From Candidatus Poribacteria bacterium (lineage in GTDB: Bacteria; Poribacteria; WGA-4E; WGA-3G), in contig OZ219753.1 of the NCBI GenBank assembly GCA_964291315.2, forward strand, positions 2,720,001 to 2,784,000: a stretch of DNA of 64,000 nucleotides, in the 5' to 3' direction. The translations under genes were made by a program, and so were the position numbers. The notes beneath the pieces were generated by a model, which was not told where the DNA came from, did no database searches, and saw only the letters and a list, made by a program, of their open reading frames with translations. The stretch's first letter is position 1. Each line of letters opens with the position of its first letter. Positions 1 through 8,443 of this stretch are shown in pieces.

Positions 1-1
1 G

Positions 2-841
2 AATGTAGGGAGTGTCTACACACTGGGTGCCATAGGTAGAGACGGATTTGGGGGAACGCTGCTGGATCACTTAAAGGCGAATGGATGCCTTACCGATTTC
101 ATGATAGAGGTGCCGAATTGGGTTACACCAACTTATCTCAAACCGATACATCGCGGTTATGAAGCGCTGGAAACAGAGGGACCCCGGTTCGATATTGAGA
201 ACCAATCCGCAATGACAGCAGGCGTTGAAGGTACAGTGATAGATGCTCTACAAACCTGTCTTCCGCTTGTTGACGGTATAATTGTCGGAGATCAGGTGCC
301 TCGCGAGAATTTAGGTGTTATTACTAATCGTGTGAGAGAAAAATTGTGTGAATTGGCATTGGCGTTCCCTGAAAAGGTTTTTTTCGCAGATTCCCGCACA
401 CGGATTGGTAGGTACCGAAATGTAATTATTAAGCCAAACCGATTTGAAGCAAAGCAGGCTATTGATCCGGATTGGAGTGGACTGGAAGTTGACATAGAAG
501 CGGCGAAACAGTGTGCTGTGGCACTTGCTGAACAGACACAAGACACGGTATACGTTACCCTCGGGGAAAACGGCATCCTTGTCTACTATGAAGGGAAATT
601 TACGCATATGCCAGGCATTGCTGTCGAGAGTGAGGTTGATCCCGTTGGAGCAGGCGATAGTGTCACAGCAGGCCTTGTTGCAACGCTCTGTAGTCTGCCT
701 GCTTCGCAAAAGAGTGGAGCTATTGAGGCAGCTTATGTTGGAAATTTGGTAGCGTCAATTACCGTTACCAAAATCGGGACGACCGGTACAGCGTCACCAG
801 AAGAGATTCTGGAACGCCATAGGAGCCATGTGAGTCCATGA
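2..841 (+). CDS. PfkB-family carbohydrate kinase (RfaE/HldE kinase-domain-like), 5'-truncated by window edge
   Basis: Frame is open from position 2 (GAIGRDGFG motif upstream of ATG 101); VTLGENG and DPVGAGDS PfkB signature motifs. Confidence 0.85.
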   Translation, partial: NVGSVYTLGAIGRDGFGGTLLDHLKANGCLTDFMIEVPNWVTPTYLKPIHRGYEALETEGPRFDIENQSAMTAGVEGTVIDALQTCLPLVDGIIVGDQVPRENLGVITNRVREKLCELALAFPEKVFFADSRTRIGRYRNVIIKPNRFEAKQAIDPDWSGLEVDIEAAKQCAVALAEQTQDTVYVTLGENGILVYYEGKFTHMPGIAVESEVDPVGAGDSVTAGLVATLCSLPASQKSGAIEAAYVGNLVASITVTKIGTTGTASPEEILERHRSHVSP

Positions 842-1608
842 ATGTCTTTGAGGCAATAATCCAGCGCCGGAGTCATCGCGGAACATTTCAGGAACGCTTA
901 ATAGAAAGAGACGATCTTGAGAAACTGATTGAAGCTGCGCGCTGGACACCTTCGCCGTTTAATGTTCAACCTTGGGAACTAGTGTTAATTCAAGAGACAG
1001 AAGGAAAGGTTGTGCTCGCTGAGCTGACGGAGCGAGCTGTGATTGATCAGTTCAAGGATGCCCAGTTTCTTGATGATAACAGCCGTTGGATGCGTCTTAC
1101 GGAAACAGAGCAGCAGGAACAGGGAGACGGGGTGCTGCTCACGGAACACGTTTCACTACCTAAGCCGCTTCAAAACGCTCCAGAGAAAGTCTTGCAGGAG
1201 CTTTTGAAAAATGCAAAGTCGTTTACGCTTTTAGGACATTTGGGTGTAGGAAAGATACCCGCTAAGGAAATTTCGATGCAAGTGCGCGAGGCACCCCTTC
1301 TTATACTAGTTGCGATGAATTGCAAGAGGCGCCCGCCCGGTGAAGGTGGGACCCGCTGGATGTGGTTAAGTATGGGAATGCTAATTCAAAACATCCTTCT
1401 CACTGCGACTGCACTAGGTGTCGGTGTGCAGTTTGTCAGTGCTCCTTTAGAACGTCCAGCAGATCGTGAACAGGTCCGCCAAGTTTTCAATATTCCTGTT
1501 TTTCATGAAGTAATTACACTTCTCAGGCTGGGGTATGTTGAGGAGGAAACTGGAAACTCTGTCCGGTTGCCGACATCAAAATTTGTACATTTTGAAAAAA
1601 TAAAGTAG
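838..1608 (+). CDS. Nitroreductase family protein
   Basis: RRSHR, AARWTPSPFNVQPW, QNILLTATALGVG motifs; ATGA overlap with upstream gene. Confidence 0.9.
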   Translation: MNVFEAIIQRRSHRGTFQERLIERDDLEKLIEAARWTPSPFNVQPWELVLIQETEGKVVLAELTERAVIDQFKDAQFLDDNSRWMRLTETEQQEQGDGVLLTEHVSLPKPLQNAPEKVLQELLKNAKSFTLLGHLGVGKIPAKEISMQVREAPLLILVAMNCKRRPPGEGGTRWMWLSMGMLIQNILLTATALGVGVQFVSAPLERPADREQVRQVFNIPVFHEVITLLRLGYVEEETGNSVRLPTSKFVHFEKIK

Positions 1609-1628
1609 CCGTTGTATTCTGTTGATAT

Positions 1629-1653
1629 AGGCGGGCAGAGGCCCCGCCTCGAC
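1629..1653. repeat. REP-like palindrome / possible terminator between convergent genes
   Basis: AGGCGGG-N7-CCCGCCT followed by CGAC; similar element at 31774-31800. Confidence 0.45.
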
Positions 1654-1667
1654 GTGGAACTAATAGA

Positions 1668-1790
1668 CTAAGATGGGCGATTTTGAAATAGTTCTTTCAA
1701 TGCTGCTTTCCTCTTTTTCAGGCGGCGTTGTTGACGTTGACGGATTTGCGTCCGGCGCCGGACCTGCCCACTTTTACTGCGTGGCATCAT
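1668..1790 (-). CDS. Small basic protein, 40 aa (MMPRSKSGQVRRRTQIRQRQQRRLKKRKAALKELFQNRPS)
   Basis: Below the ORF-track cutoff; GGAGG RBS at 1795-1799 (minus strand) inside the end of the upstream gene; starts 1 nt after that gene's stop. Confidence 0.65.
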   Translation of the reverse strand: MMPRSKSGQVRRRTQIRQRQQRRLKKRKAALKELFQNRPS

Positions 1791-1791
1791 T

Positions 1792-3024
1792 TTACCTCCT
1801 TTCTTCGATCGTTTTGGCGAGGTACATGAGCTCCGATGTGCACCGGGCTTCTACCTCTGCCATCGCAACGCTGAGTTCTGCTTCCGAGCGAGCGTGTAGC
1901 TGGAGTCGTTCTTCGGTGATTTTGACATAGCGCTCGTTCTCTATATCGACGAATTCAATCTGTTCTTTGTTTTCGTTTACCAAAGCGTAACTTAAGAGAC
2001 CATTCTGTGAGGATTCTTCATCTGCCGGTCCTTCGAAGCAATCTTTTATCGCTAGCCCGTTGAAATTTTTGTAGAGCGCCCGAGCCGGAAGTTTATCAGG
2101 CAACAGACACACCGGCTGCGATGCTGTGTCTGGAATAGATTTTTCGGAATTTGTAAGCGTTTCTGGATTTTGAATTGTTTCGGTTGTTTCCTTACGACTC
2201 AATTCTCCGGGAGGAGATAAGGCATGCTGCGCAGAGATTTCCGTTGCGGATTCAGTATCCTCATTTCTTTCGCGTTTATTATTTACGCTAGTTTCTGAAA
2301 GGATAGGAATCTGTTGTGATGGATCAGGTTCTGAATCTTCGTTTTCCAATACGTCCGAAAGAACCTCCTTGACCCCGTCACGCCAGTCGGTAATTATTTC
2401 CTGTTCCTCGACTAGCACGCGCAGCGTTTCGATCCCGATAGCCTGAATCATTGGGTGAAACGCGAGTATCTTAGGCGGTGCCACCTCAAAAAGGGAGCGG
2501 TTAACATAAGCTGCTTCGGCGAGATTTCGCTTGCCAGTTAGCTTGAGCCGGGTTTCACAGGCAGTGAGTGCTTGGCACAAGCGTCGCATAAATTCGGGTG
2601 TAACTAGGTGCGGGAGCACCTTTACCTGGAAGCTTTCACCTGTCTGTTCCGGTTCTGGCTTTGAAATGAATTGCCCGATGATTGCTGAGTCTTCGTCCAA
2701 CACCTTTGTTTCGGGAACTAGGTTTTCATCAATTGATGGATCTGTCGGAGCATCTGAACCGTCTATGTCCTGAGCGCCGAGTAATTCAATTACCTGCGTG
2801 TACATCTGTTCAGGATCGAAAAGGACTCCTTCAAACTCAGGCTCGAGCAGCAATTCTCGACTCAGTGAGATGCAAGCATGTAAATGCTCTTCCTCCGATT
2901 TTTCGTAAGGAAGTCTACGTTGCTTTTCAACAGCAGTCCGCTTTTGTCTAGATTTTTTGTTCCGATTTCGCTTTTCACGTTTCCGTGCCACATTCGCGGA
3001 ACGGGTTCTCTTTTTTTTAGCCAT
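1792..3024 (-). CDS. Hypothetical protein with very basic N-terminus and acidic linkers
   Basis: 410-aa ORF with its own consensus promoter at 3126-3154; no family recognised. Confidence 0.75.
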   Translation of the reverse strand: MAKKKRTRSANVARKREKRNRNKKSRQKRTAVEKQRRLPYEKSEEEHLHACISLSRELLLEPEFEGVLFDPEQMYTQVIELLGAQDIDGSDAPTDPSIDENLVPETKVLDEDSAIIGQFISKPEPEQTGESFQVKVLPHLVTPEFMRRLCQALTACETRLKLTGKRNLAEAAYVNRSLFEVAPPKILAFHPMIQAIGIETLRVLVEEQEIITDWRDGVKEVLSDVLENEDSEPDPSQQIPILSETSVNNKRERNEDTESATEISAQHALSPPGELSRKETTETIQNPETLTNSEKSIPDTASQPVCLLPDKLPARALYKNFNGLAIKDCFEGPADEESSQNGLLSYALVNENKEQIEFVDIENERYVKITEERLQLHARSEAELSVAMAEVEARCTSELMYLAKTIEERR

Positions 3025-3125
3025 AGTAATGTATTTTCGCTATTACTAACGTAGTTATGTTCTAACGAATAGATGTTCCGTATTCCAAACAGCATGCAGT
3101 ATCAAATTTGACACACTGTTTTTTA

Positions 3126-3154
3126 AGTATATACCAACATATCTTCCTTGTCAA
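3126..3154 (-). promoter_or_regulatory. Sigma70-type promoter for 3024(-) gene
   Basis: TTGACA-17-TATACT on minus strand. Confidence 0.7.
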
Positions 3155-3329
3155 GTCTAAATTTATGGGTGTTTGCAGTTATTTACAGAAACCTGAAGTT
3201 TCCATCCTTGTGGTGTTAGGTTAACACTCGTTGTACTTGGTATCTTCTGTGTGTCTATTTTCACAATAAGCAGTTTAGTAGAACGCGTTTAGTCCGGGCG
3301 ATTGATTTTGTGTCAGGTTCAAATAAAAC

Positions 3330-3358
3330 TTGACATTATGCATTATTTGCTATAAAAT
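3330..3358 (+). promoter_or_regulatory. Sigma70-type promoter for GrpE-like/Hsp70 operon
   Basis: TTGACA-17-TAAAAT; about 260-nt leader follows; no CIRCE seen. Confidence 0.7.
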
Positions 3359-3626
3359 AGTGTGATTTTAAAAAAAATTGGGGGAGGCCAAAAAGATCGG
3401 TAACGCCGTTGTCCGAAAGAAAATGAAAGGGTTGATCTGGCTTATACCCACGGTTTTTGCTTATTCAGAGATGAACCACATGTTTATCAAGGCAGCGTTA
3501 TTGTATGGACAATGGCCGAATCGCGGTTTATTCTATAAGAATTAACACGGATCCCTAAGAACTAGGTGGTTGTGATATAAACTTAATCTCTAAATCCTGT
3601 CTTTTTGGACAGAGGAGGTAATTGCT

Positions 3627-4412
3627 TTGAACTCGGAATTTACAGAACAGCAACGGCAAGGGTTGGAATCGATGGAACAATTGCTGCCGAAGCTGGTATC
3701 AATGGAGCAAGAAATGTCTGCTTTGCGTGAGCTGTTTACAAAGCAGCTCGCCCGCAACCAGCGGCATCAGCAGATGTTCGACGCGGTCTATAAAGAAATG
3801 AAAGCGTATAAGGATGACAGATTCCGTGAAATATTTCACAAACCTGTTATCAATAACTTAATTCGACTCTACGATAACTTTAAGGAGGTAGAATCACAAC
3901 TGCGGGACCTCAAAGAGGTGTCCGGAGCTGATGGATCAGAGGTTAACATCGGTGACCTCATCGTATCTGTTTTTAACGATAGGCCCGAAAAAGAGCAGAA
4001 GAAACTGCTTAAGCAGGTTAAGTCTGCAAGGTCTGTTAAAAGTTTAGCAGAAAGACTGCAATCCATTCAGGAAAACTCTAAAGAGGTTCAACCAAAGTCT
4101 CAGGTGGGCCTGTCTCAATTTCAGAAGAATTTGGAAAACGTCCGTGTTCAATTGGAAGAGGTGTTATGTCGCATGGAGGTTACCCCTTATACCGAGCATC
4201 CAGAGAGACTTAATATGGAAATGCACCAAACCGTTGACACGATAGAGACCGATGACCCTGATAAGGATGAAGTCGTCGTTGAGATACGTAAGTCTGGATT
4301 CAAGTGGCGTGAACAGATATTTCGCCTAGAAGAGGTGATAATCTACCGCTATAAATCCGCTACAGGGGAATCGTCAAAAACAGTTGACGAAAAGTCAACA
4401 AAAGGAGAATAA
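3627..4412 (+). CDS. grpE: GrpE-like nucleotide exchange factor (divergent, with internal insertion)
   Basis: N-terminal coiled coil; C-terminal beta region (PERLNMEMHQTV...VVVEIRKSGFKWREQIFRLEEVII) matches GrpE pattern; GAGGAGG RBS before TTG; adjacent to Hsp70. Confidence 0.75.
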   Translation: MNSEFTEQQRQGLESMEQLLPKLVSMEQEMSALRELFTKQLARNQRHQQMFDAVYKEMKAYKDDRFREIFHKPVINNLIRLYDNFKEVESQLRDLKEVSGADGSEVNIGDLIVSVFNDRPEKEQKKLLKQVKSARSVKSLAERLQSIQENSKEVQPKSQVGLSQFQKNLENVRVQLEEVLCRMEVTPYTEHPERLNMEMHQTVDTIETDDPDKDEVVVEIRKSGFKWREQIFRLEEVIIYRYKSATGESSKTVDEKSTKGE

Positions 4413-4416
4413 ACTG

Positions 4417-6042
4417 ATGGGTAAAGTTGTTGGTATCGATTTAGGCACGACCTTTTCTGCGATCGCACACGTTAACGACTATGCACAAGCAGAAATTGTC
4501 CCGAATAAGCAGAATGAGCGCACTACGCCCTCCGTGATACTATTTCAAGACGATAATGTTGTCGTTGGGAAAATAGCCAAGGCTCAGGCAAAGGCGATGC
4601 CCGAACAGATCGTCGAGTTCGTCAAACGCGAGATGGGGAAACAGAAGGGAGCCGGTGAAAACGAATTTTGCCGTGAGTTTAATGGCAAATCATATTCGGC
4701 TGAAGAACTCTCCGCACAGATTTTGCTAAAACTTAAACAGGATGCGGAGGCACATCTTGGCACAGAGATCACTGACGCTGTCATTACAGTCCCGGCCTAT
4801 TTCAAAGACGCGGAGCGGAGTGCCACACGACTCGCTGGGGAAATTGCCGGACTGAACGTCTTACAAGTTGTCAATGAACCGACCGCCGCCGCGCTCGCTT
4901 ACGGTCTTGATCTACAGAACAGCGGTCAGACCGTGTTCGTCTTTGACCTGGGTGGTGGAACGTTCGACGTAACGATCATGAAGGTCTCCGGTTCGGAGTT
5001 AAGAATGATTGCGACGGATGGAGACAGCCGCCTCGGTGGGAAGGACTGGGACGATGAAATAATTAAGTATGTTGCTGAGAAATTCGAAATAGAGCACGGT
5101 TCCAATCCCTTAGACGACAACTACACGTATCAAGATATCCAATCTGAAGCTATTCAAGCAAAGGAACATTTGACAGAACTTGAAACAACACGCATCGTTT
5201 TCAACTACGAAGGTAAGAGTAGTAATGTGGAGTTGACGCGTGAGAAGTTTGAGGAACTCACTGCAGATCTCCTTGGGAGGTGTAGGGCCACGTGTGAACA
5301 CGTTCTCTCAGAAGCCAAAATGACGTGGGAAGATATTAATACGGTGTTGTTGGTTGGTGGTTCCACCCGGATGCCGATGGTGCGAAAGATGATTGCTGAG
5401 ATCAGCGGTAAAGAAATTAACCCGACGGAGGTCAATCTAGATGAGGTGGTTGCACACGGGGCTGCTATCTATGGAACCCTCCGCCAGATTGAGGAGGTGA
5501 TAATTGACAAAACTTCTGAAACAGCCACGGAAGAAGATATTTCGGAAGCTGTCAAGGATAAGTTCATCAATGATTCTGACGAAACCGTAATAGCGGTGTT
5601 TGATCGCGCCACACATAACCTTGGATTGACTGTAAGCAAAACAGTCGATAAAAAAAGGAAGGTATACACTCATGTGATGATTCCCAAAATGACCCCCGTT
5701 CCATGTGAGATAACAAGAGATTCGTTTGGAACACTAGAGGACAATCAACAAGGTGTCTTAATCAATGTTTTTCAGGGACTCGAACATAACAAACTTATAG
5801 AGGAAATACCTGACTTTGAAAACCATAGAATAGGTAAAACCACCCTTAAACTACCGCCTAACTTACCGAAAGGAACTCCCATTAAAGTTACCTTTGAGTA
5901 TAACCGTGATCAAACGCTTGAGGTAACTGCGGAGGGACCTAATAATAGTAGCATAGATATAACGATTGATCGTAAGACCCTCAATAAAGAGCAAGTTACT
6001 GAAGCAACCACAAACCTCCAAGAAAATTTGAAGGTTAAATAG
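4417..6042 (+). CDS. Hsp70-family protein (DnaK paralogue lacking most of the helical lid)
   Basis: GIDLGTTFS, ITVPAYF, NEPTAAALAYG, FDLGGGTFDVT, LLVGGSTRMP motifs; AAGGAG RBS supports ATG 4417. Confidence 0.92.
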   Translation: MGKVVGIDLGTTFSAIAHVNDYAQAEIVPNKQNERTTPSVILFQDDNVVVGKIAKAQAKAMPEQIVEFVKREMGKQKGAGENEFCREFNGKSYSAEELSAQILLKLKQDAEAHLGTEITDAVITVPAYFKDAERSATRLAGEIAGLNVLQVVNEPTAAALAYGLDLQNSGQTVFVFDLGGGTFDVTIMKVSGSELRMIATDGDSRLGGKDWDDEIIKYVAEKFEIEHGSNPLDDNYTYQDIQSEAIQAKEHLTELETTRIVFNYEGKSSNVELTREKFEELTADLLGRCRATCEHVLSEAKMTWEDINTVLLVGGSTRMPMVRKMIAEISGKEINPTEVNLDEVVAHGAAIYGTLRQIEEVIIDKTSETATEEDISEAVKDKFINDSDETVIAVFDRATHNLGLTVSKTVDKKRKVYTHVMIPKMTPVPCEITRDSFGTLEDNQQGVLINVFQGLEHNKLIEEIPDFENHRIGKTTLKLPPNLPKGTPIKVTFEYNRDQTLEVTAEGPNNSSIDITIDRKTLNKEQVTEATTNLQENLKVK

Positions 6043-6140
6043 GGAAAAGCGTTGGTAACAGCTGCTGTGTCACAAGGTGAGGTTGTTGCCGCACCCTTAC
6101 CTTGTGACGCGCATCCCCCTAATTGCAAAAGGAGTAGTAG

Positions 6141-7229
6141 GTGTCTAAACGAGATGATTTTACCACTATCATTAAAACGTTGAAAAAAGCATTGCCTAGT
6201 ATTACCGATGACCAATATAAAAGGTTGGTCAGGCAAGGCATGCATGACTACGGACTCTCCCAGGATGAGGCAGAGCGGATCATCAAAAAAGAGGTAGGCC
6301 TGATTATTGGGAAAGTGGTAAATCATTTTCAGGAGTTAGGGCTCACAATTGATGACCTGAAAAACCTGAGTGAAGACGAAATCGAAAAACTTGTTCAGGC
6401 TAAGTATGATCTCCTTTATAAGCAGGCAAGAATTAGCGCCAATCCCAGGAATGCTGAGAAACAGGCAGCGTTGAATGCGGCAAGGGATACGCTACTTGAT
6501 CCACAGAGGCGGCAGGAACACATTCAACTCCTTGAGCGGCAGAAAACGTCTTCCAACACCGAGGATGGAAACTCTCAGAAACGCAGTAGCACAGACGTGA
6601 GAGCTATCTTCAAGTTCGGGAAGGTAGCGGCTATTTTAGCAATTCTTGCTTTTCTGCTCTTATTGGGACTTGGACTTGATAACATTATCAAAAATTCGAA
6701 AACACAACCCCACGCTACAGAATTCCAAGAAGGCAAGCCTGCAACCGTACTACGCGCACGTCGTACTGGGGCAGGCACAACGGGCTCGCCAGCAAAGCCT
6801 CAGATCGATCCCACAACGGTGGTGGCCGTTATTGAAACGGCAAAGGGCACTATTGAATTTGAATTTCTTGCAACTGAAGCACCCGAAACTTCCAAGAATT
6901 TCATTAAGAACGCCCAAGTCATGTATTATAAAGGCGAGAAGTTTAATCGCGCAGAAGAACTTCTCGTCCAAGCAGGATCGAATCTCGCCGCCGGAGACAC
7001 ACTTCCAATTGAGAACGGTTCGCAACAGATGTCGCGGGGCGTTGTCGCCCTAGCGAAAGAAGAAGGGGCGAGTGTCTCCTATGTGTCAGAATTCTTTATC
7101 TGTCGAGGCGATGTTATTCTTGACAGTGATTACACCATTTTCGGAAACGTCGTCAGCGGTATGGAGGTCGTTGACAGAATCACCGTTGGCGACGCAATTA
7201 TGAACATTACTATTCGAGAGAAAGAGTAA
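6141..7229 (+). CDS. Membrane-anchored protein: helical N-domain + degenerate J-like domain + TM + cyclophilin-type PPIase-like domain
   Basis: NHFQELGL...SEDEIEK...LNAARDTLLDPQRRQEH (J-fold pattern, no HPD); TM VAAILAILAFLLLLGLGL; APETSKNF, SEFFI, YTIFGNVVSGMEVVDRI cyclophilin motifs; AAGGAG RBS. Confidence 0.8.
   Translation: MSKRDDFTTIIKTLKKALPSITDDQYKRLVRQGMHDYGLSQDEAERIIKKEVGLIIGKVVNHFQELGLTIDDLKNLSEDEIEKLVQAKYDLLYKQARISANPRNAEKQAALNAARDTLLDPQRRQEHIQLLERQKTSSNTEDGNSQKRSSTDVRAIFKFGKVAAILAILAFLLLLGLGLDNIIKNSKTQPHATEFQEGKPATVLRARRTGAGTTGSPAKPQIDPTTVVAVIETAKGTIEFEFLATEAPETSKNFIKNAQVMYYKGEKFNRAEELLVQAGSNLAAGDTLPIENGSQQMSRGVVALAKEEGASVSYVSEFFICRGDVILDSDYTIFGNVVSGMEVVDRITVGDAIMNITIREKE
6246..6724 (+). 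repeat. Near-identical direct repeat, copy 1 (copy 2 at 8549-9027)
   Basis: About 480 bp, offset 2303; only two substitutions seen (V/A and A/T codons); preceding ~105 nt and RBS are homologous but more diverged. Confidence 0.9.
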
Positions 7230-7240
7230 TGGATATCGGC

Positions 7241-7288
7241 TAGCAGTTAGCAGATAGCGGTTGGCAAATCAGAAACTGCTAACTGCTA
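7241..7288. repeat. Heptamer-repeat inverted repeat (possible terminator or processing hairpin)
   Basis: TAGCAGTTAGCAG ... CTGCTAACTGCTA, perfect 13-bp stem built from TAGCAG(T/A) units. Confidence 0.65.
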
Positions 7289-7361
7289 AGACCGATTTGT
7301 GAAGTTTATGTTTTTTCGAACTCTCGTTTAATTGTATATTTTGTTATAAATGGAGGCATAT

Positions 7362-7568
7362 ATGTCTTTAACTGTTACTCGAACGGCGCGTCCAAGCCCC
7401 GTCTGGCAGGAAAGTTACGTGCGCGTCAAAAAAGGGCAACGTCTCATTATTGATGCAGAGGGCGCGTGGTCCCCGGATCTGCAAAATCGGACCGGATGGT
7501 GCGGCGGAGATGGGGTGCCTAAGACCCCAGGCTCCAACGGTTATCTATTACCCGGCACAAATAGTTGA
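7362..7568 (+). pseudogene. Truncated LecA/PA-IL-like beta-sandwich N-terminus joined out of frame to an FGE repeat
   Basis: GGAGG RBS; WQESYVRVKKGQRLIIDAEGAWS...CGGDG...YLLPG; stop codon overlaps the first bases of the FGE linker repeat. Confidence 0.5.
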
Positions 7569-8379
7569 TGAAAACCCTCAAAAATGGAGTAGCAGAGACA
7601 CGCAAGCCCTCGACACCGCAGTCTCAGGGATGGTATTGATCCCATCGGGCACCTTTCGGATGGGCAGCACCACAGGCGATGCCAATGAACGCCCTGTTCA
7701 CACTGTCACTTTAGATGCGTTTTATATGGATACACACGAAGTAACAAACGCAGAATACGTCAAATTTCTCAATGCTATGGGCAGACATGCAAATGCCGGC
7801 CGTCCATGGCTGGCTATCTGGAAGAGTGGTGTGCGCATTGAGCGTTTAGGTGGAACGTATCGCCCAAAGGCGGGGTATGCGGATCATCCTGTTGTTCATG
7901 TGAGCTGGTATGGTGCGATGGCTTATGCTGCCTGGGTAGGCAAGCGTCTGCCGACCGAGGCGGAGTGGGAGTATGCCGCACGCGGTGGGTTAGCAGGGAA
8001 GGAATATCCTTGGGACGACACGATTGACAGCACGCGGGCAAACTACAACGATAATGTCGGTAGTACGACAGCAGTTGGCAGTTATGATGCGAACGGGTAT
8101 GGTCTGTATGATATGGCGGGGAATGTCTGGGAATGGTGTCTGGATGCGTACAACAAACACTTCTATACCATTTCATCTGCCTGTAATCCGCTATCGGGGC
8201 CGTCCAGGATTGATTGGTTATTGAGAAACTATACAAATGTTGAGTCTAATCGCGTCTTGCGTGGCGGATCTTGGTACAGTACAGCGCAAAAGGTACGAGT
8301 TGCCTATCGCTACAAATCTTCTCCTGCGCGCACGAACGTCAGTGTCGGTTTTCGTTGTGCAAGTTCTGTATCCGCTTGA
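7567..8379 (+). CDS. Single FGE-sulfatase (SUMF1-like, CLec-fold) domain with no proper start
   Basis: MVLIPSGTFRMG, RLPTEAEWEYAARGG, GLYDMAGNVWEWC, RVLRGGSW...GFRC; homology to the repeat unit begins at 7567. Confidence 0.75.
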   Translation, partial: DENPQKWSSRDTQALDTAVSGMVLIPSGTFRMGSTTGDANERPVHTVTLDAFYMDTHEVTNAEYVKFLNAMGRHANAGRPWLAIWKSGVRIERLGGTYRPKAGYADHPVVHVSWYGAMAYAAWVGKRLPTEAEWEYAARGGLAGKEYPWDDTIDSTRANYNDNVGSTTAVGSYDANGYGLYDMAGNVWEWCLDAYNKHFYTISSACNPLSGPSRIDWLLRNYTNVESNRVLRGGSWYSTAQKVRVAYRYKSSPARTNVSVGFRCASSVSA

Positions 8380-8443
8380 ACCTTTACTTTACTCCCTGTG
8401 GCACAGATGGACAGTTTATGCTACAGATTATAAGGAGTAGCAC

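Noticed and set aside
3627-6042. Housekeeping hrcA-grpE-dnaK-dnaJ heat-shock operon
   Set aside because: No hrcA, CIRCE or canonical DnaJ; the Hsp70 is short and lacks the conserved linker and lid
7450-7566. N-terminus of the 309-aa ORF-track protein
   Set aside because: It is the alternative frame of the RBS-supported 7362-7568 ORF; FGE-unit homology only starts at 7567
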